Below, one piece after another: positions 12,110 through 26,175 of a stretch of 64,000 bases of DNA. The stretch comes from Octopus sinensis. Lineage: Eukaryota. Location: the NCBI RefSeq assembly GCF_006345805.1, contig NC_043010.1:22072001-22136000 (forward strand). The letters are read 5' to 3'. The stretch's first letter is position 1. The number at the start of each line of letters is the position of its first letter. The notes below the pieces were generated by a model. It saw only the letters and a list, made by a program, of their open reading frames with translations, did not search any database and was not told the origin of the DNA. Position numbers and translations under genes: made by a program.

Positions 12110-12467
12110 TCCTACGTCCTGGTTTTGTTTTGTTGTTTATTTTTTATTTTTACCGTTATTGTTTTTACGTTTTTGTATTCTTATGGTGTCACGTATTCTG
12201 TATTTTTGTTTGTGTACTTCGTTTGTTTTCCGTCCTTTCGTTGTATACATTCGAAGCTTTTCCAGGGGATCTAATGCGCTTGGCTTAGATTTCCCTTGGC
12301 GGGCTGGCCATATCGGAGCAATCTCAAGATTAATCAGCCGAAATTGCTAAGATGATCTGGTTCTTGACTGATGACTGAGGGCTTCGAATGTCCCGTCCTG
12401 TGGTTCTTGTGTCGTCTTGTGGTGTTTCATGTTCTTGTCCATGTCTGTAATTATTTTTACTGTTACC

Positions 12468-12470
<3 letters not shown>
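12110..12470 (+). repeat. Family B copy
   Basis: Near-identical to 11352-11705; ends ...actgttacctata in (TA)n. Confidence 0.75.
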
Positions 12471-12523
<53 letters not shown>

Positions 12524-12809
12524 GCACATACCCATGCATATGTGTGACTTAGTAAGCGTATATGTATATGAATACGACGAGCAGTCACGCAGGTTTTATC
12601 TACCGAATTCTATTCAAGTTTTATCCGTTAAGCTTAGACTTTACTTGAAGCAAATATTTTAAAACTCCGTGCAATGGAATCCAGATACACCCATGGGGGT
12701 GTGATGCAAATTCTTAAACTGAACACCCACTCGTCACCTCAATTCCTTTTGAAAATTGATGAAGCCCCCAAATCCTTCATATTTAAATTTCTATTATGTA
12801 GAAGAATTT

Positions 12810-13200
12810 AAGGCGGCATGCTTAGAGGCATTTCAGCCGTCTTTACATTGATTTCACATTCCGCCGGGGTTGACATTGACATTCATCCTTCGAGATCGAT
12901 AAAATAAGTACCAGTTAAATAATGGGGATTCGATATAATTGTCATTTAGCCCGACCCCAACTTGTTCCTTGTACCAAAATTTGGCATCTATATGTAAAGT
13001 ATTTGTATGCCGGAAAGCTGGTGGAATCGTTACAGCACCGAAAAAACGTTTAGCAGTATTACCTCCGACTTAACTTTCTGATTTGAAATGCTGCTGGGTT
13101 CGACTTACCCTTTCATTCTTTGAGGTTAATAAAATAAGTACCAGTTGTATACTGGGGTCGATCCTGGAATTTGAAACTAATATGTGTAAAATTTGTGGCG
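12810..13200 (+). mobile_element. Two old MetaSINE-like fragments
   Basis: cattcatccttcgagatcgataaaataagtaccag and tttcattctttgaggttaataaaataagtaccag motifs. Confidence 0.5.
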
Positions 13201-14212
13201 ACTGAGAAGAAGAATTTCACAAATAAAAAACGAAAAAACGTTTCAAATTGATGTTTATTCGTAGATTTGACTAAGATTTGAACTCCGATTATTTCTATTA
13301 AAATAAGGTCTCTATAATTTATCATGCTGCATCTGCCGTTCACAATTTACATTTCACACACAAAGTTACACACGCACGCACGCACGCACGCCTAACCCCG
13401 CTCCTCACAGAATGTTTTCGGTGTTTAAATCTGCCATCCCGATTAATCCATTCAAACAAGGCGTCCATGTGTCTATGACTTATGTGTCTTGAGAAATACT
13501 AAGGAATATTTTCTCAGATTCTTAAAACCCCATCAGGTAAATACCTACAGTTATGAATTTCCTATTAATATTGCTTATCTGAATACCGTCACTATATAAC
13601 CTTCGGCTATATCGATTTTGGGTTTAGCTATTCTCACGCTGCGATCCATTTATCATAAGATGGTATTCACAAAAACATTGGAATGTTATTTTACAATGTT
13701 TAGGCCCTAAAGATAATAAATATACAAGAAAAAAACCTTAAAACAGAAAGAAAGAATATCTTTAAAAACTTCTGAATTAATCTCCAAGCAAAGATTTTAA
13801 AACAAATACAGAACAACTAAAAAAATTGTTTTGTCATATTTCCAAGTGTTCTGTGAGACAAAACAGAAATGCTGTTAAGGTAACCTGGAAGTTTGATCGA
13901 AGTAACATTGTTTAAAATATTTCTAACATTCATCACGTGTATTTTACTTTATTATTCTGGAGTGCATTCAGTTATAGACAATCAAACATGCAAAGAAAAC
14001 GCACAGACATACTGGCAGACGTTCGTATCAATGTACAATATATAAGGACAAAGGTATATATATATATATGTATGAATGTATGTATGAAACATACAAATGT
14101 CTATTTCTATATGCATCTGTTTTTATGTGCGCCGGAGTGGATATGTCTATATATATATATAAATAAACATAAACTAACAATGTGTGTGTATAACATATAC
14201 ATAATATATATA

Positions 14213-14248
<36 letters not shown>

Positions 14249-14458
14249 TGTATGTATGTATGTATGTATGTATGTGAGTACGTCCTGAATTTTGAGTCTG
14301 TATTTGTGTATATGGGTGTGGGTGTGTGTGTATGTTAAGGAGTGCAGGTCAATCATATAGTGTTACTGTGATGTGTAACGTTCAGCGTGTAAAGGGATTA
14401 AAACATTTTCTATCAAATTCCAACATCTCTAAAAATATTTTATCGCTTATTATCCACC

Positions 14459-14502
<44 letters not shown>

Positions 14503-15172
14503 ATATGTATATGTATGTATGTGTGTGAGGGTGGGGGTGAAACTGGATTTGCAAGTACATTTAAAGCTATTAATAATAACATGCAAATATTGTGTTCAAA
14601 CACTGTTTTAACAGTGACTTCGAAGTTTTAGGTTACTTGCTGTCACCAGGCTTTTTGATGGAGGCAAGTAATCTGAAAAATCACTATTTTCATAATTAAC
14701 GAATACTCTCATGAAGAATACATCCATTGTTTGTTGGTATGTAGTAGTTCTCTCCATTGCACAAGCCACCAGAATTTGTGAAAGATCCTTATATTTAGAG
14801 GAGACTAAATGATCTTGAAGATTTTAAGATGTCTAAGCTGCCGCCTATCAAATACAGTGTAGGTTTCCATAAATATATCGTCATTCTTTCTCCGTATGTC
14901 TTGTTTCTGTTCTTGCCGTTGAAACAAACGTGAGAAGTATTTTATGAAAGTTATGCACCATGAAATCGAAACAGCAGTGCGATAAGTTTGGATTTTCGAT
15001 TTGAATATTTTACTGAATACACATAAACCTTTATTCTGTTAAATACAGTTATTTATATATTAATTCAATAGACCGGCTTTTGTAAATCTATTCACAGTTC
15101 TTAAGAGACTGATAATTATATACGGAAGTAATCTTCAGTTCTCTCGAATTATTTTTACTATTTCGAGTATTT

Positions 15173-15395
15173 AAGCGGCGAGCTGGCTGAATCGTTAGCA
15201 CGCTGACGAAATGTTTATCGGTATTTCGCCTGTCGATACGTTCTGAGTTCAAATTCCGCCGAGGTCGATTTTAACTTACATCCTTTCCGGGTCGATAAAA
15301 TAAGTACCACTTGAACACTTGGTGCCGATGTAATCGACTCATCCCCACCTCCCCCAAGCTGCCCTTGTGGCAAAGTTTGAAATAATTATTTCGGG
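15173..15395 (+). mobile_element. MetaSINE-like tRNA-derived SINE
   Basis: A-box-like gagctggctgaatcgttagc, B-box-like gagttcaaattcc, central catcctttccggggtcgataaaataagtacc domain. Confidence 0.8.
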
Positions 15396-15639
15396 TATTT
15401 TATGCTTATTCTGAGATACTTGATTATCATCACACTATTATACACCTCTTTTAGATTTGGCTTGTCGTGTAATTTGGACGTAAGTATCCCGCTGAAAATA
15501 TATCTTAATTAGTTTTAGAAAATTATTGGAAAAATATGATTAAAATTCCAAATGTACGGACAGGGAAATCATGAAGAAACAGTTGTGGTTTCTTTAATTA
15601 TTTTAATGGTTCACAGTTTTATAAAATGCCCATTTAGTT

Positions 15640-15990
15640 GTTACACTCAGTGGACTGTGACCATCCTGAAGCACAGCTTTGAAGTGTTCAGTCAAACAAA
15701 TCGATACCAGTAATTAATTTTTATAGTCTATTACTTATGCTATCAGTTCCTTTTCCCGATAAGTTACGGGGACGTTCACAAACGAACACTGGTTAAGCAG
15801 TGGTGACGACAAGCACAAAGAAGATACCCAGAGCCACTTAGCCATTCCTATGTGTGTGTGTGTGTTGTGTACGACAAGCTTCCACTCAGTTTCCGTCAAC
15901 CAAATTCACTTCCATTATAGCCAAGGATAAAGTGGAAGATGATTGATTTAGCTGCTGCAAAGTGCGATTGAACCAAATGCCTTCAAGGCG
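15640..15990 (-). mobile_element. Old CORE-type SINE copy
   Basis: gactgtgaccatcctgaagcacagc...agttacggggacgttcac...ttccgtcaaccaaattcact, similar to 32262-32650. Confidence 0.6.
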
Positions 15991-17522
15991 AGCTTCTTGA
16001 TCACACAGACGTACTTGTGTCACACACATAAAATGAAATTAATGACGATAAGAATACCAGAATATTCGCTGAAGTTCCAGCAATATGTATTATCAGTTAA
16101 CTTAAAGATGGTGAAGCTATGAACAGATATTGGAGATACGCATGAGTTTCTCATTTACATTTTGTTTTCTGTATGGTATATGATTACTTGATTAGAGATG
16201 TGCATATCAGATCGAGTCGGTATTTTTGGTTTTCAAAACGTGATGGGTGACTATCAGAAGAACTGGAGCGAATAAAACGATACATAAATAATACGCTTTC
16301 AATGAGCCCTTAAGACACCCTTCACGCTGTCACTTGAGTCTCTAGAAATATTAATTAAGCCTTCATGAATCTCATCATAGAATATAAATGCCCATGTAAC
16401 GTATAGAATTACTTGAAAATATAAAGGGCTGGTCATATTTAGCTCTTAGGTTAAAAGTGTAACGAAAATAACCTTACAAAATAATCTTACTAAACGGCAC
16501 TTTACAAGATATTGTCCTAAATACGGATAAAAAAAATGAAATATTCCTGGGTTATCTAGGTGCTCTATAGGTTGCATATATTATATCATACCCTGATACT
16601 GTGTGGATTGAAATCCCTATTCACAGGCCCCTGGCATTTTGAAATAAAGTGTTATCACCTACGGCATACAATTCGTAGCTTCAGTCATTTCGTAGCTACT
16701 GTAATTGCGGAGTATATAAACAAAATAGCTGCTTGTTTCTCAGGGATAAATCAAATTGATGTAGAAGCCTCTGATGAGGACTGGAACGCGGAAAACAATA
16801 CATGAAGTATATCAACCATGTTCTTCATTCTACAGCAAAACAAATAAACTAGGCCTATTTCTATGGGCACTGTATTGTTTACATATATATACTACAGCAC
16901 ACGAGATTGTACCATCATTAGTGATACTGAGACAAACAGTCATAGTTATTTTTTATATCGATAATTATACTAGTTCTTAGTCTAAAACACATTTAGTTGC
17001 CATCAGGTATAACATATCTATATCATGCCTAAAACATCGCCTTGTAGAGTGTGGGTTGTTTTACGTCTAACTTCGTTCGTTTCCGTATAGTTTTGCTATT
17101 ACCTAATGCAATATCGGTGTGATTTTATTAATTAATGCCAAGATTACACTATAAATTTTCATTACAGCCAGTTGTGACTATAATTTTGAAATTTGAGCCA
17201 TGTTTCGATTTATTTGTTTATTTTTTTTATATATATATTTTTTTGCATTTTCTGTTGCGCTTTATGAATTATCTTTTACGGGGGTAGTGGGAAGTAGTTG
17301 GAGGTTTTGCGCTTTGATTTAATTTTAATAACAGAATATGTCCCCCATTATAGCCACATCGGCTGTGTTGGAGAATACACGAAAAAACAATTAGAATGCT
17401 TGATTTCTACTAATAACCGGAGGTGGTGTGGTTCAAAAGACGGTTCCGAAACATGGATGTGGAAGGTGAACAGAGGCTGGTTAGGAATATAAGAATAAAC
17501 GAGTGACAAAATATGGCGCGGA

Positions 17523-17550
17523 GCGGAAAGAGCCAAAGAAAATAATAATG

Positions 17551-17614
<64 letters not shown>

Positions 17615-17640
17615 CAATAATAATAATAATGATGATGATA

Positions 17641-17707
<67 letters not shown>

Positions 17708-17730
17708 CAATAATAATAACGTTAATGATA

Positions 17731-17762
<32 letters not shown>

Positions 17763-17763
17763 G

Positions 17764-17814
<51 letters not shown>

Positions 17815-17834
17815 GTATTAATAATAATGATAGT

Positions 17835-17922
<88 letters not shown>

Positions 17923-17990
17923 TAATGATGATGATGATGACGACTTCGACACCAACAACAACAACATCAATAACAACGACAACAACAATA
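17523..17990 (+). repeat. Long (TAA)n/(TGA)n microsatellite
   Basis: Direct reading; source of the poly-I/poly-L ORFs. Confidence 0.95.
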
Positions 17991-18524
17991 ATAGTAAAGA
18001 CTTTGACGTAAGAGAATTTTTTTTATATTTTAATTTTACTTTTGCAACGAAGCCAGAAAGTTCAATTTATTTTTTCTGTTAATTAATGATTACAAAGAAA
18101 AATTTTTGAAAAATAGTTTTTTATATTTATTTAAATTCTTTTTTCAAGATTCTGCAATCTGATTTCATAAAACGTATTGGCTATCAACGACATGGACTAT
18201 CTTTATTCAATATCATATGCAATACGAGGTACTGGTTACATAAAAGTGACTGGAACCAGTCACTAAAATAGCGAAATGCAATAAAATTACGTCCTCACAC
18301 GTTACCTCGAAAAATGATTTATTTGGAGTATTTGAGGTTATTAGAAATATTACGACAAATATTCAAATATTAACCACATATATATATTACGTACAGAAAT
18401 ACTCTGGTATCTTTCCATTCGTGAATTTGATTGGATTAAATAGATGTTGCGATTAAGTAACAGAACACGATCATACGTTGCCGACTCGAACCGTCCTGTG
18501 AATTGCGAAATAAGAAATAGGAAC

Positions 18525-18705
18525 AAGATGGTGAACTGGCAGAGTCGTTAGCACGACGGGAGAAATCCTTAGCAACATTACGTTCGTATTTACGTTCTCA
18601 GTTTCAACCCCTTTCGGGGTCGATAAAGTGACTTTCAGTGACTACTGGCTTCAACGTAATCCAGTATGTCCTTTCCCCAAAATGTCAGGCCTCATGCCTA
18701 TAATA
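18525..18705 (+). mobile_element. MetaSINE-like SINE with internal deletion
   Basis: gaactggcagagtcgttagcacg...cctttcggggtcgataaa. Confidence 0.6.
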
Positions 18706-18810
18706 GCGACGTTTCGACCGTCATCACGTCGAAAAATAAATATCAGTAGAGAACAGAAGTCAATGTAATTGATATAACCCTCTCCCGAAATTTCTGACCT
18801 TGCTCCAAAA

Positions 18811-18867
<57 letters not shown>

Positions 18868-18868
<1 letters not shown>

Positions 18869-19390
18869 GAGTGAGAGAGCAGCGCATGCCATTAAAGTGA
18901 CACCGGGGTGCAAATATACAAAGCCCAATATACCCATCATGTCCACCCATCTGATAAGGGTGCACCAGGCACATGCATCCCAATCCTATGTGTGTGACAT
19001 GGTGATTTCATATCAAGATAAGCAGCGCATGATCTTGCAGGTGGGGCCCATTTAGAATTATCTTCAGGTCGAGCAGCCCATCTTGCTCAAAATCCCTGAA
19101 TAAGATTTGTTTTAAGGATGATGTACGAAATACCCATGTTTCTAGAAATAAATTATAAAAAACCCAAAGAATTCCCTTCAACACATGGCTATGATGCTCC
19201 CCTACTACTTCTGAGATGCACATCACATCAGGCGTTAAGGGACATGCTCAACTGTTTAAGGTCAAACAACTGACAAGCAAATCTGTGGTATTGAGCAGAA
19301 TATTTGCTGTAGGCCATCATTTATACCAAGAAAAAACAAATCAGTTACAATTAGAGGCCATGAGAGCCACTGCCTGGTACTGCATCAGTC
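18868..19390 (-). mobile_element. Probable 3' end of a non-LTR retroelement with (TAA)n tail
   Basis: Complex non-microsatellite block ending on the minus strand in ...gctgctctctcactc-(aat)n; no ORF recognised. Confidence 0.45.
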
Positions 19391-19540
19391 CATAAAGTGC
19401 CTGGTACTGCATCACGTGTGCGTACAACAGCGGCGATTCGAGTGTTATTTAATCAATCCTGGGTCGAAAAATAAGTATCAGTTGACGACTGAAGTCGATA
19501 TAATTGACTTAACCCGCTCCCGAAATTGTTGGCCTTTATC

Positions 19541-19655
<115 letters not shown>

Positions 19656-22600
19656 GCTGTTGTTGTTGTTGTAAGGGAGGTAAGGACAGCGAATAGGCGA
19701 AATCGTAGGAGAGTCGAACAAAATTCTTTACTTTACCTAGTTAATGTAACAATTGATTTCACTTCCCTTCAGATCATAAATGAAGGCCTTTTGCTGAAAT
19801 TAGAAACCATTATGACTGTTGTTGATCTTAAAACCAAGATCTTTGAACTTTCGTTTGATTCAATTATTAGACCGCGGCCATGCTTGGGCACTGCCTTGGC
19901 CACACAATGGGACTGAACGCGGAAGTGAATGGTTGAGGAGTAGACTTCTTACCACACAGCCAAAACTGCACCTACCACGTAGTGTTTGGAGAATCCGGGT
20001 GATAGGTGAGTAGAGGCAGTTTTTTTTTGTTTTTATTTCCTCGTTTATTCCGTTTAAGTTTTGCGACAGATGAAGAATTTGTCCGATGGCAATCAACTAA
20101 CTTGCTTTTTGCAATGGTATGCGTTCTTGGAAAAGAATCATTCCCTCCAGCAGCGTGAAAGTTTTTAAAAAATGAAAGCAAAAGAAAAAATAAAACAAGC
20201 AATGACTATTTCAGAGATTGGTGATGAATGGTTAAACGTTTTCTGTTTCTCTTTGTTTCAAGTGTCGTCGATTTCATCAGGCTGTGGTACTTAACATACA
20301 TTATATGGAAACTAAATTTGCAATGGCGGCCCACTTATGCATGAGAGTCAGCATCATAGATAATCTCCTTCACACTACTTGATGGTAGAATTTCCAACGT
20401 ATTTTCCAATCGCTTTTATCGTATATACAATGTCATGCTCAGTAGTTCTCCGAAATATCGAATTATTCGTTCAGAGACTGTAAGATAACATTTGGAACAC
20501 ATCACAGTTGAAATTATCGAATCTTTCATGAACGATGTTGGACAGATGTAGTTACATGTCTATTTTAAATAATAAGAGACTTTAATCTTTTAGTTAATCA
20601 GATATACGCCACACACTTGAAGTTTAGTCGCATTGGTCGACATTTTGAATCTGGTTGGCTTCAAAGTATTCTCTATGTAAATAGGAAAAATATCCATTTG
20701 TGCATAAGAGATTAAATTTCTAATGACTGGGTTGGCGGTTCCAGTTTCATGTATCCGGTAGGAGTTTTGTTGCTATTATTTAAATCATTTTCAGCTACAG
20801 CATAAACGAATCAGCGTAGACGTAATTAAAAAACAAAACAGAAAACGATTGCAATTCTGAGTAGTACAGTGTAATGGAGGATACAGTAAAAGCAGATTTC
20901 AAAAGCAGTTATCATATTGATGCAAGCATAAAACAAAATAAACAATAGCTATTATAGCTGGCAACAATATATTATTACTAATGTAAGGAAGATAGGAAAT
21001 ATATACTTAGGTGTCATATTTTATTTTCACCGTGTATGCAAACAAATGAATAAGCACACATACATTCATGCACACACAGACACACTAACACGTGTGTGTG
21101 AGCGTGTGTCTGTGTGTGTGTATGTATATATATATATATATGTATGTATATGTATATATGTATATGTATATATGTATATGCATATATGTATATATATATA
21201 ATATATAAAGAGATGGATAAATAGAGAGATATACTTGTGCATATATGCATATGTATATACATGGATATATGTATGTATTTACGTACATAAACACACATGT
21301 ATACGTACATATCTGCGTGCTTGTGCTTGGGTGTGCCTGTTTGTGTGCAAGAATGAAACTACAGTGATTAGATGTGCGTGATATTCACAACACTCTGATA
21401 CACTTTGATTTATATGAACATTGTAACTGAAATAACTTTTGTCAATCAATACTTCACCTCACAAGTTGTAAATATTCTTAGAAATCTCGAATTATAACAG
21501 AAAACATTGCTTTCATATAATTAACCTCCGTATTTTACTGATACTTAACGATCATCCGTCACAATACTGAATGTCCTTCGATAGATTCGAACCTCTGATA
21601 CTCTTTATATGGATCACAATACGGATTCGTAATAAGTTCCACAGAATACGGATCACGGAACCTTGTTTTCTTTTGAAGAAACACATAGCAGAGCAACTAT
21701 TGTTAATGATGAACGCTTCGAGTCGAAACCTGCGCCGTTTGGACTACAGAAGTAATCCCTGCAGCCATAGAAATATTTAGAAGTGCACTGGGGATAATTA
21801 CCGACTCACATTTGTACACTGATTCACAGAGATATGGACGCGAATTTTCGGTAGTATATGCCGTATGCTTTTTATACAGATATTTAGATTACCTCTGAAA
21901 TCATTTGACTTGAAATCTCAATATTTATTGAGCACATCAATGAATGTTTTGCGTTAATGTTACATGAAATATGATGTTTTATAAAACGCAAGAGTCTATA
22001 CCAATATCTGTGCATGTGTGTCTATATAACACACATCCACCCACTCATAAGTATAGTATATACTCACACACACACACTCACTTACTGGCCTTACTTCTCA
22101 GCTTTCTAGTACCCACAAAGACCCACTGGACTCCAAGACGACACCAGCTTCCTTTCCAACCACGCAGTCGAAGAAATGCTCTTTGCCAATATACTTGGTG
22201 TCGCTGTAATCGCCGATTTCACTTCTAACAAATCCATGTGACATGCTTTGACCCATGGCAGTAAATTTTCAAGTAGGCATCCAAGAATTCCTGTTTCATC
22301 ATTCGGTAGTTTGAGCCTTTTTGAACCTGAAGAAGCTGGGTTTCTGTTACAAGCTTGTGAAGGTTTAAGTCGTATAGGATCGAATCAAAATCGTTTAAAT
22401 GAATTTGATAATTGTCTGAGGGAACGTTTCCTCTCGAAGCAAATAAAGCTATATATAACAGCATGTAAGTTTTGGTTTAAAAAATCACTTTAGATAGAAA
22501 ATGTCGATGCTTAGTGTTACGACATGAAACTACATCTCATGCAGGCTGGACGTATGTATGTGTGTATATACGTGTGTTACCTAATCTTTAAAATTAGGAC

Positions 22601-23029
22601 TTCATTTGTATAACAACCTGAGGTAAATTTTGGGGCCATGCAATCTATGAAGAAGTGTACCCTAATTAAATTTCACATTATACCTACCTAATCACCTAAT
22701 TTTGAGTAGTTGGAAGAATATATCAAGCAAGTATTCCTAGATACACTATGCCTGAATAAGGACGAGGTGTTCACAAATGGAGTGTCTTTGATTATATTCT
22801 TTGTTCTGGCTGATTGGCTGACTTTAAAAAAAATGTTCGCCAAGGCGGTGCCCCAGCAAGGCCGCTAACGAATGACTGAAACCATATCGTCTTGAAAGGA
22901 AGGAAAACTCACTGGACTAGAGAAGTTGGAAGGAAGAAGTTATGAGTGTCGCGGTTGGAACCTCTTTCATCGTAGGCCTGCTTCATCTGGGACGCTATGG
23001 ATACTAAACAGCAGAAACAACTACTACTA

Positions 23030-23059
23030 CCATTACCCCTACTAATTCTGCTGCTGCTG

Positions 23060-23090
<31 letters not shown>

Positions 23091-23223
23091 ACTACTACTA
23101 CTACTACTACTGCTACTACTACTACTGCTGCTGCTGCTGCTACTACTACTACTGCTACTACTACTACTACTACTACTACTGCTGCTGCTGCTACTACTAC
23201 TTCTGCTGCTGCTGCTGCTGCTG

Positions 23224-23264
<41 letters not shown>

Positions 23265-23265
23265 G

Positions 23266-23297
<32 letters not shown>

Positions 23298-23379
23298 ACT
23301 ACTACTACTGCTACTACTACTACTACTACTACTACTGCTGCTGCTGCTACTACTACTTCTGCTGCTGCTGCTGCTGCTG

Positions 23380-23415
<36 letters not shown>
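23030..23415 (+). repeat. Compound (CTA)n/(CTG)n microsatellite with about 155-bp duplication
   Basis: The Y/C block pattern in ORF 22997-23584 occurs twice. Confidence 0.9.
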
Positions 23416-23798
23416 TTTTAATTTGCTTTCAATTCTACTCCCTTTTATCCGTTCCTGTCATCTGACTTCAAATTTATTTATTTCCAAATACATTCTTTGC
23501 TGCTCATCTCTCCTCCCATCTCCATCCCTTATGTTTTCTTCATCCACCATCCTCGCTGCATCTACACACACACACACACTCTGAAGACGGTTCTATTCCA
23601 TCATTTTTCATGTGGCGTTTCCAAAGACGGTCTTTATTTTTTTTGACACTTTAATTTATCGCTTTGTCTATCTATTTGTCTGTCTGTGTGTCTAGCAATC
23701 TATCTATGTATGTATCTATCTATCTCTCTCTCTCTCTCTGTCTCTTTGTCTGTCTTTCTCTCTCTCTCGCGCGCGCTCTATCTGTGACTGCTTCTCTG

Positions 23799-23830
<32 letters not shown>

Positions 23831-23914
23831 ACTCTCCCTATCAATCTATCTATCTAACTGTGTACCTGCGTTCTGTCTGTCTGACTAGCTCTCTCTCTCT
23901 CCCTATCTATCTTT

Positions 23915-24028
<114 letters not shown>

Positions 24029-24449
24029 CTTTCTTTCTCTGTCTGTCTGTCAGTTTCACACTCTCTCTATTTCTATTTCTCTCTCTCTCTCTCTCTCCCT
24101 ATCTCCCTATCTATCTCTCTATCTTTCTATCCATTCCTCTGTTCAATAACAATGAGTCAGGCACGAACTATTCTTGCCACAGCGTTGACAATTTTCTGCA
24201 AATAATTGAAGAAAGTCTACGTTTTTGTTGATGTCGCTGTTGTTCTTTATGGTCTCAATAAATTAGACAAGCTCCATAAGTTCCATCAAGGAGAAACTGT
24301 CATCAGTTGGAATGCGTGGAACATGTCCACCGAGGACGACACAGTGATCTCAATGAAACAAACGAGGAGACTACTACTACTACTACTACTACGACTACTA
24401 CTACTACTACTAGCAGCAGAAACAGCAGTAGTAGTAGTTGTTGTTGTAG

Positions 24450-24496
<47 letters not shown>

Positions 24497-24497
24497 T

Positions 24498-24532
<35 letters not shown>

Positions 24533-24569
24533 ATTTCAGATTTTGACACATGACCAACAATTTAGGGGA

Positions 24570-24715
24570 TGGGCTTAAATCGATTACTTTGACACCACTG
24601 ATTAAATGGTACTTATTTTATCGACCCCGAAAGGACGAAAGGTAAATTCCACCACGGCGGTATTTGAACTTACTCTTTTACACTTTTACTTGTTTCAGTC
24701 ATTTGACTGCGGCTG
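24570..24715 (-). mobile_element. MetaSINE-like and CORE-SINE 3' fragments next to the Dong insertion
   Basis: tggtacttattttatcgaccccgaaagga... followed by cttttacttgtttcagtcatttgactgcggc. Confidence 0.6.
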
Positions 24716-25673
24716 GATGTTAAAATTCGTCTCAAAACATGAAAACAAGAAAACATCATACTCAGTAACAAAACAGGAAAAGGAATATCTAAGTGAATTC
24801 CGAATACAACAAATTTCGGAATTAGACACACAAGAAACAAACACAGGAAAAGCTAAGCGCGTGAAAACCCGTGCTAAAACCGCTGCCTTAGATATTCTGA
24901 ATGATAAACGGCAACAAAAACATCTCAATGGCAAATACCCAAGGAGAGCGAATAATGCAGATGTTGACAAAGCCCTAACCCATCAATGGCTAATGGCCTC
25001 TGGTTTAAAATCTGAAACGGAAGGCTTTATCATAGCAACTCAAGATCAATGCCTACCTACAAGGAACTACCAGGCCAACATATTAAAGAACGGCAGTAGC
25101 CCAACATGTCATGTATGTCAGCAACAAAATGAAACCCTTGATTATGTGGTCTCCAAGTGCAGTCTTCTTGCGCCTACAGATTATCTCAACCGGCATGATA
25201 GAGCTGCACGATGTATTCACTGGGTAATTTGCAAAAGCCTGGACTTGCCCCATGATAAAATCTGGTGGGAACACAAACCCCCTCCAGTGCTTGAAAATGA
25301 CCACATCTCACTCCTCTGGAACTTCACCATTCAAAATGACAGAAAGATAGATGCGAATAGGCCAGACATCATATTGAAAGACTTCAGACAAAAAACATGC
25401 CTCCTCATTGATATGACTGTTCCAATCGATATAAACGTATCCGTCAAGACCTACCTGAAACTGAGCAAATATAAAGATCTTGAACTAGAAATCAGCAAAG
25501 TGTGGAACCTGAAGACTAAAACAATACCTGTTGTCATAGGTGCCCTGGGAATGATAGGAAAAGGGGCTGATTGCTACCTAACTCAGATACCAGGAAACCC
25601 CAAAATGGTAGAAATTCAAAAGATAGTGCTAATAGGAACTGCTCATATCCTACGCAAAATACTTTCTATGTAA
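24716..25673 (+). CDS. C-terminal zinc knuckle and restriction-like endonuclease of Dong/R4 ORF (partial)
   Basis: GLKSETEGFIIATQDQ, CHVCQQQNETLDYVVSKC (CCHC with H to Y), RHD, NRPDII...LIDMTVP, KLSKYKDL, PVVIGALG; open for about 320 codons. Confidence 0.8.
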
Positions 25674-25856
25674 TCTCAAGTTTTAAAACAAACATAATTT
25701 TCGAATGGTTTTTTAGACATACAACACTACGTAAAAAAACAAATATATGGCACACTAGCCATAACACCAACACGAACTTCCAACTTGTTGTCTCTTGAGG
25801 TCTCTGGGTGAGACTTGGAGCCAACTTGTACAAATGTAAAGCAAAAGTCAAACATA

Positions 25857-25858
<2 letters not shown>
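24716..25858 (+). mobile_element. 5'-truncated Dong/R4-clade RLE non-LTR retrotransposon
   Basis: C-terminal ORF plus 3' UTR ending in (AAT)n. Confidence 0.9.
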
Positions 25859-25892
<34 letters not shown>

Positions 25893-25909
25893 TAATAATA
25901 ATAATAATG

Positions 25910-25940
<31 letters not shown>

Positions 25941-25945
25941 TGATG

Positions 25946-26014
<69 letters not shown>

Positions 26015-26128
26015 GTAAAACTGAGCAAGCATAAAGATCTTAAAATAGAAATTAGCAGAACAATACCTGTTGTCATATGTACCCAAGGTTGGTAAGCAAG
26101 CTACTTACCACACAGTCACTCCTAAGCC

Positions 26129-26173
<45 letters not shown>

Positions 26174-26175
<2 letters not shown>

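Noticed and set aside
12365-12400. CTGATGA...GAA in family B as a hammerhead
   Set aside because: Followed by GAAT, no helix III or helix I, and the segment pairs better with ACATTCGAAGC upstream.
15173-15260. tRNA genes
   Set aside because: tRNA-like A/B boxes belong to SINE heads; no cloverleaf.
16770-16800. CTGATGA...GAAA near 16771
   Set aside because: No helix II or helix I pairing; chance match.
16080-17492. Possible plus-strand host exons (16744-16805, 17335-17492); also 42136-42351, 46240-46390 and 54268-54363
   Set aside because: Short frames with plausible splice sites but no recognisable homology and no consistent gene model; needs RNA-seq.
18705-18732. Minus-strand GTGATGA CGGTC GAAAC GTC motif
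   Set aside because: Helix II too short and helix I mismatched; at most a relic.
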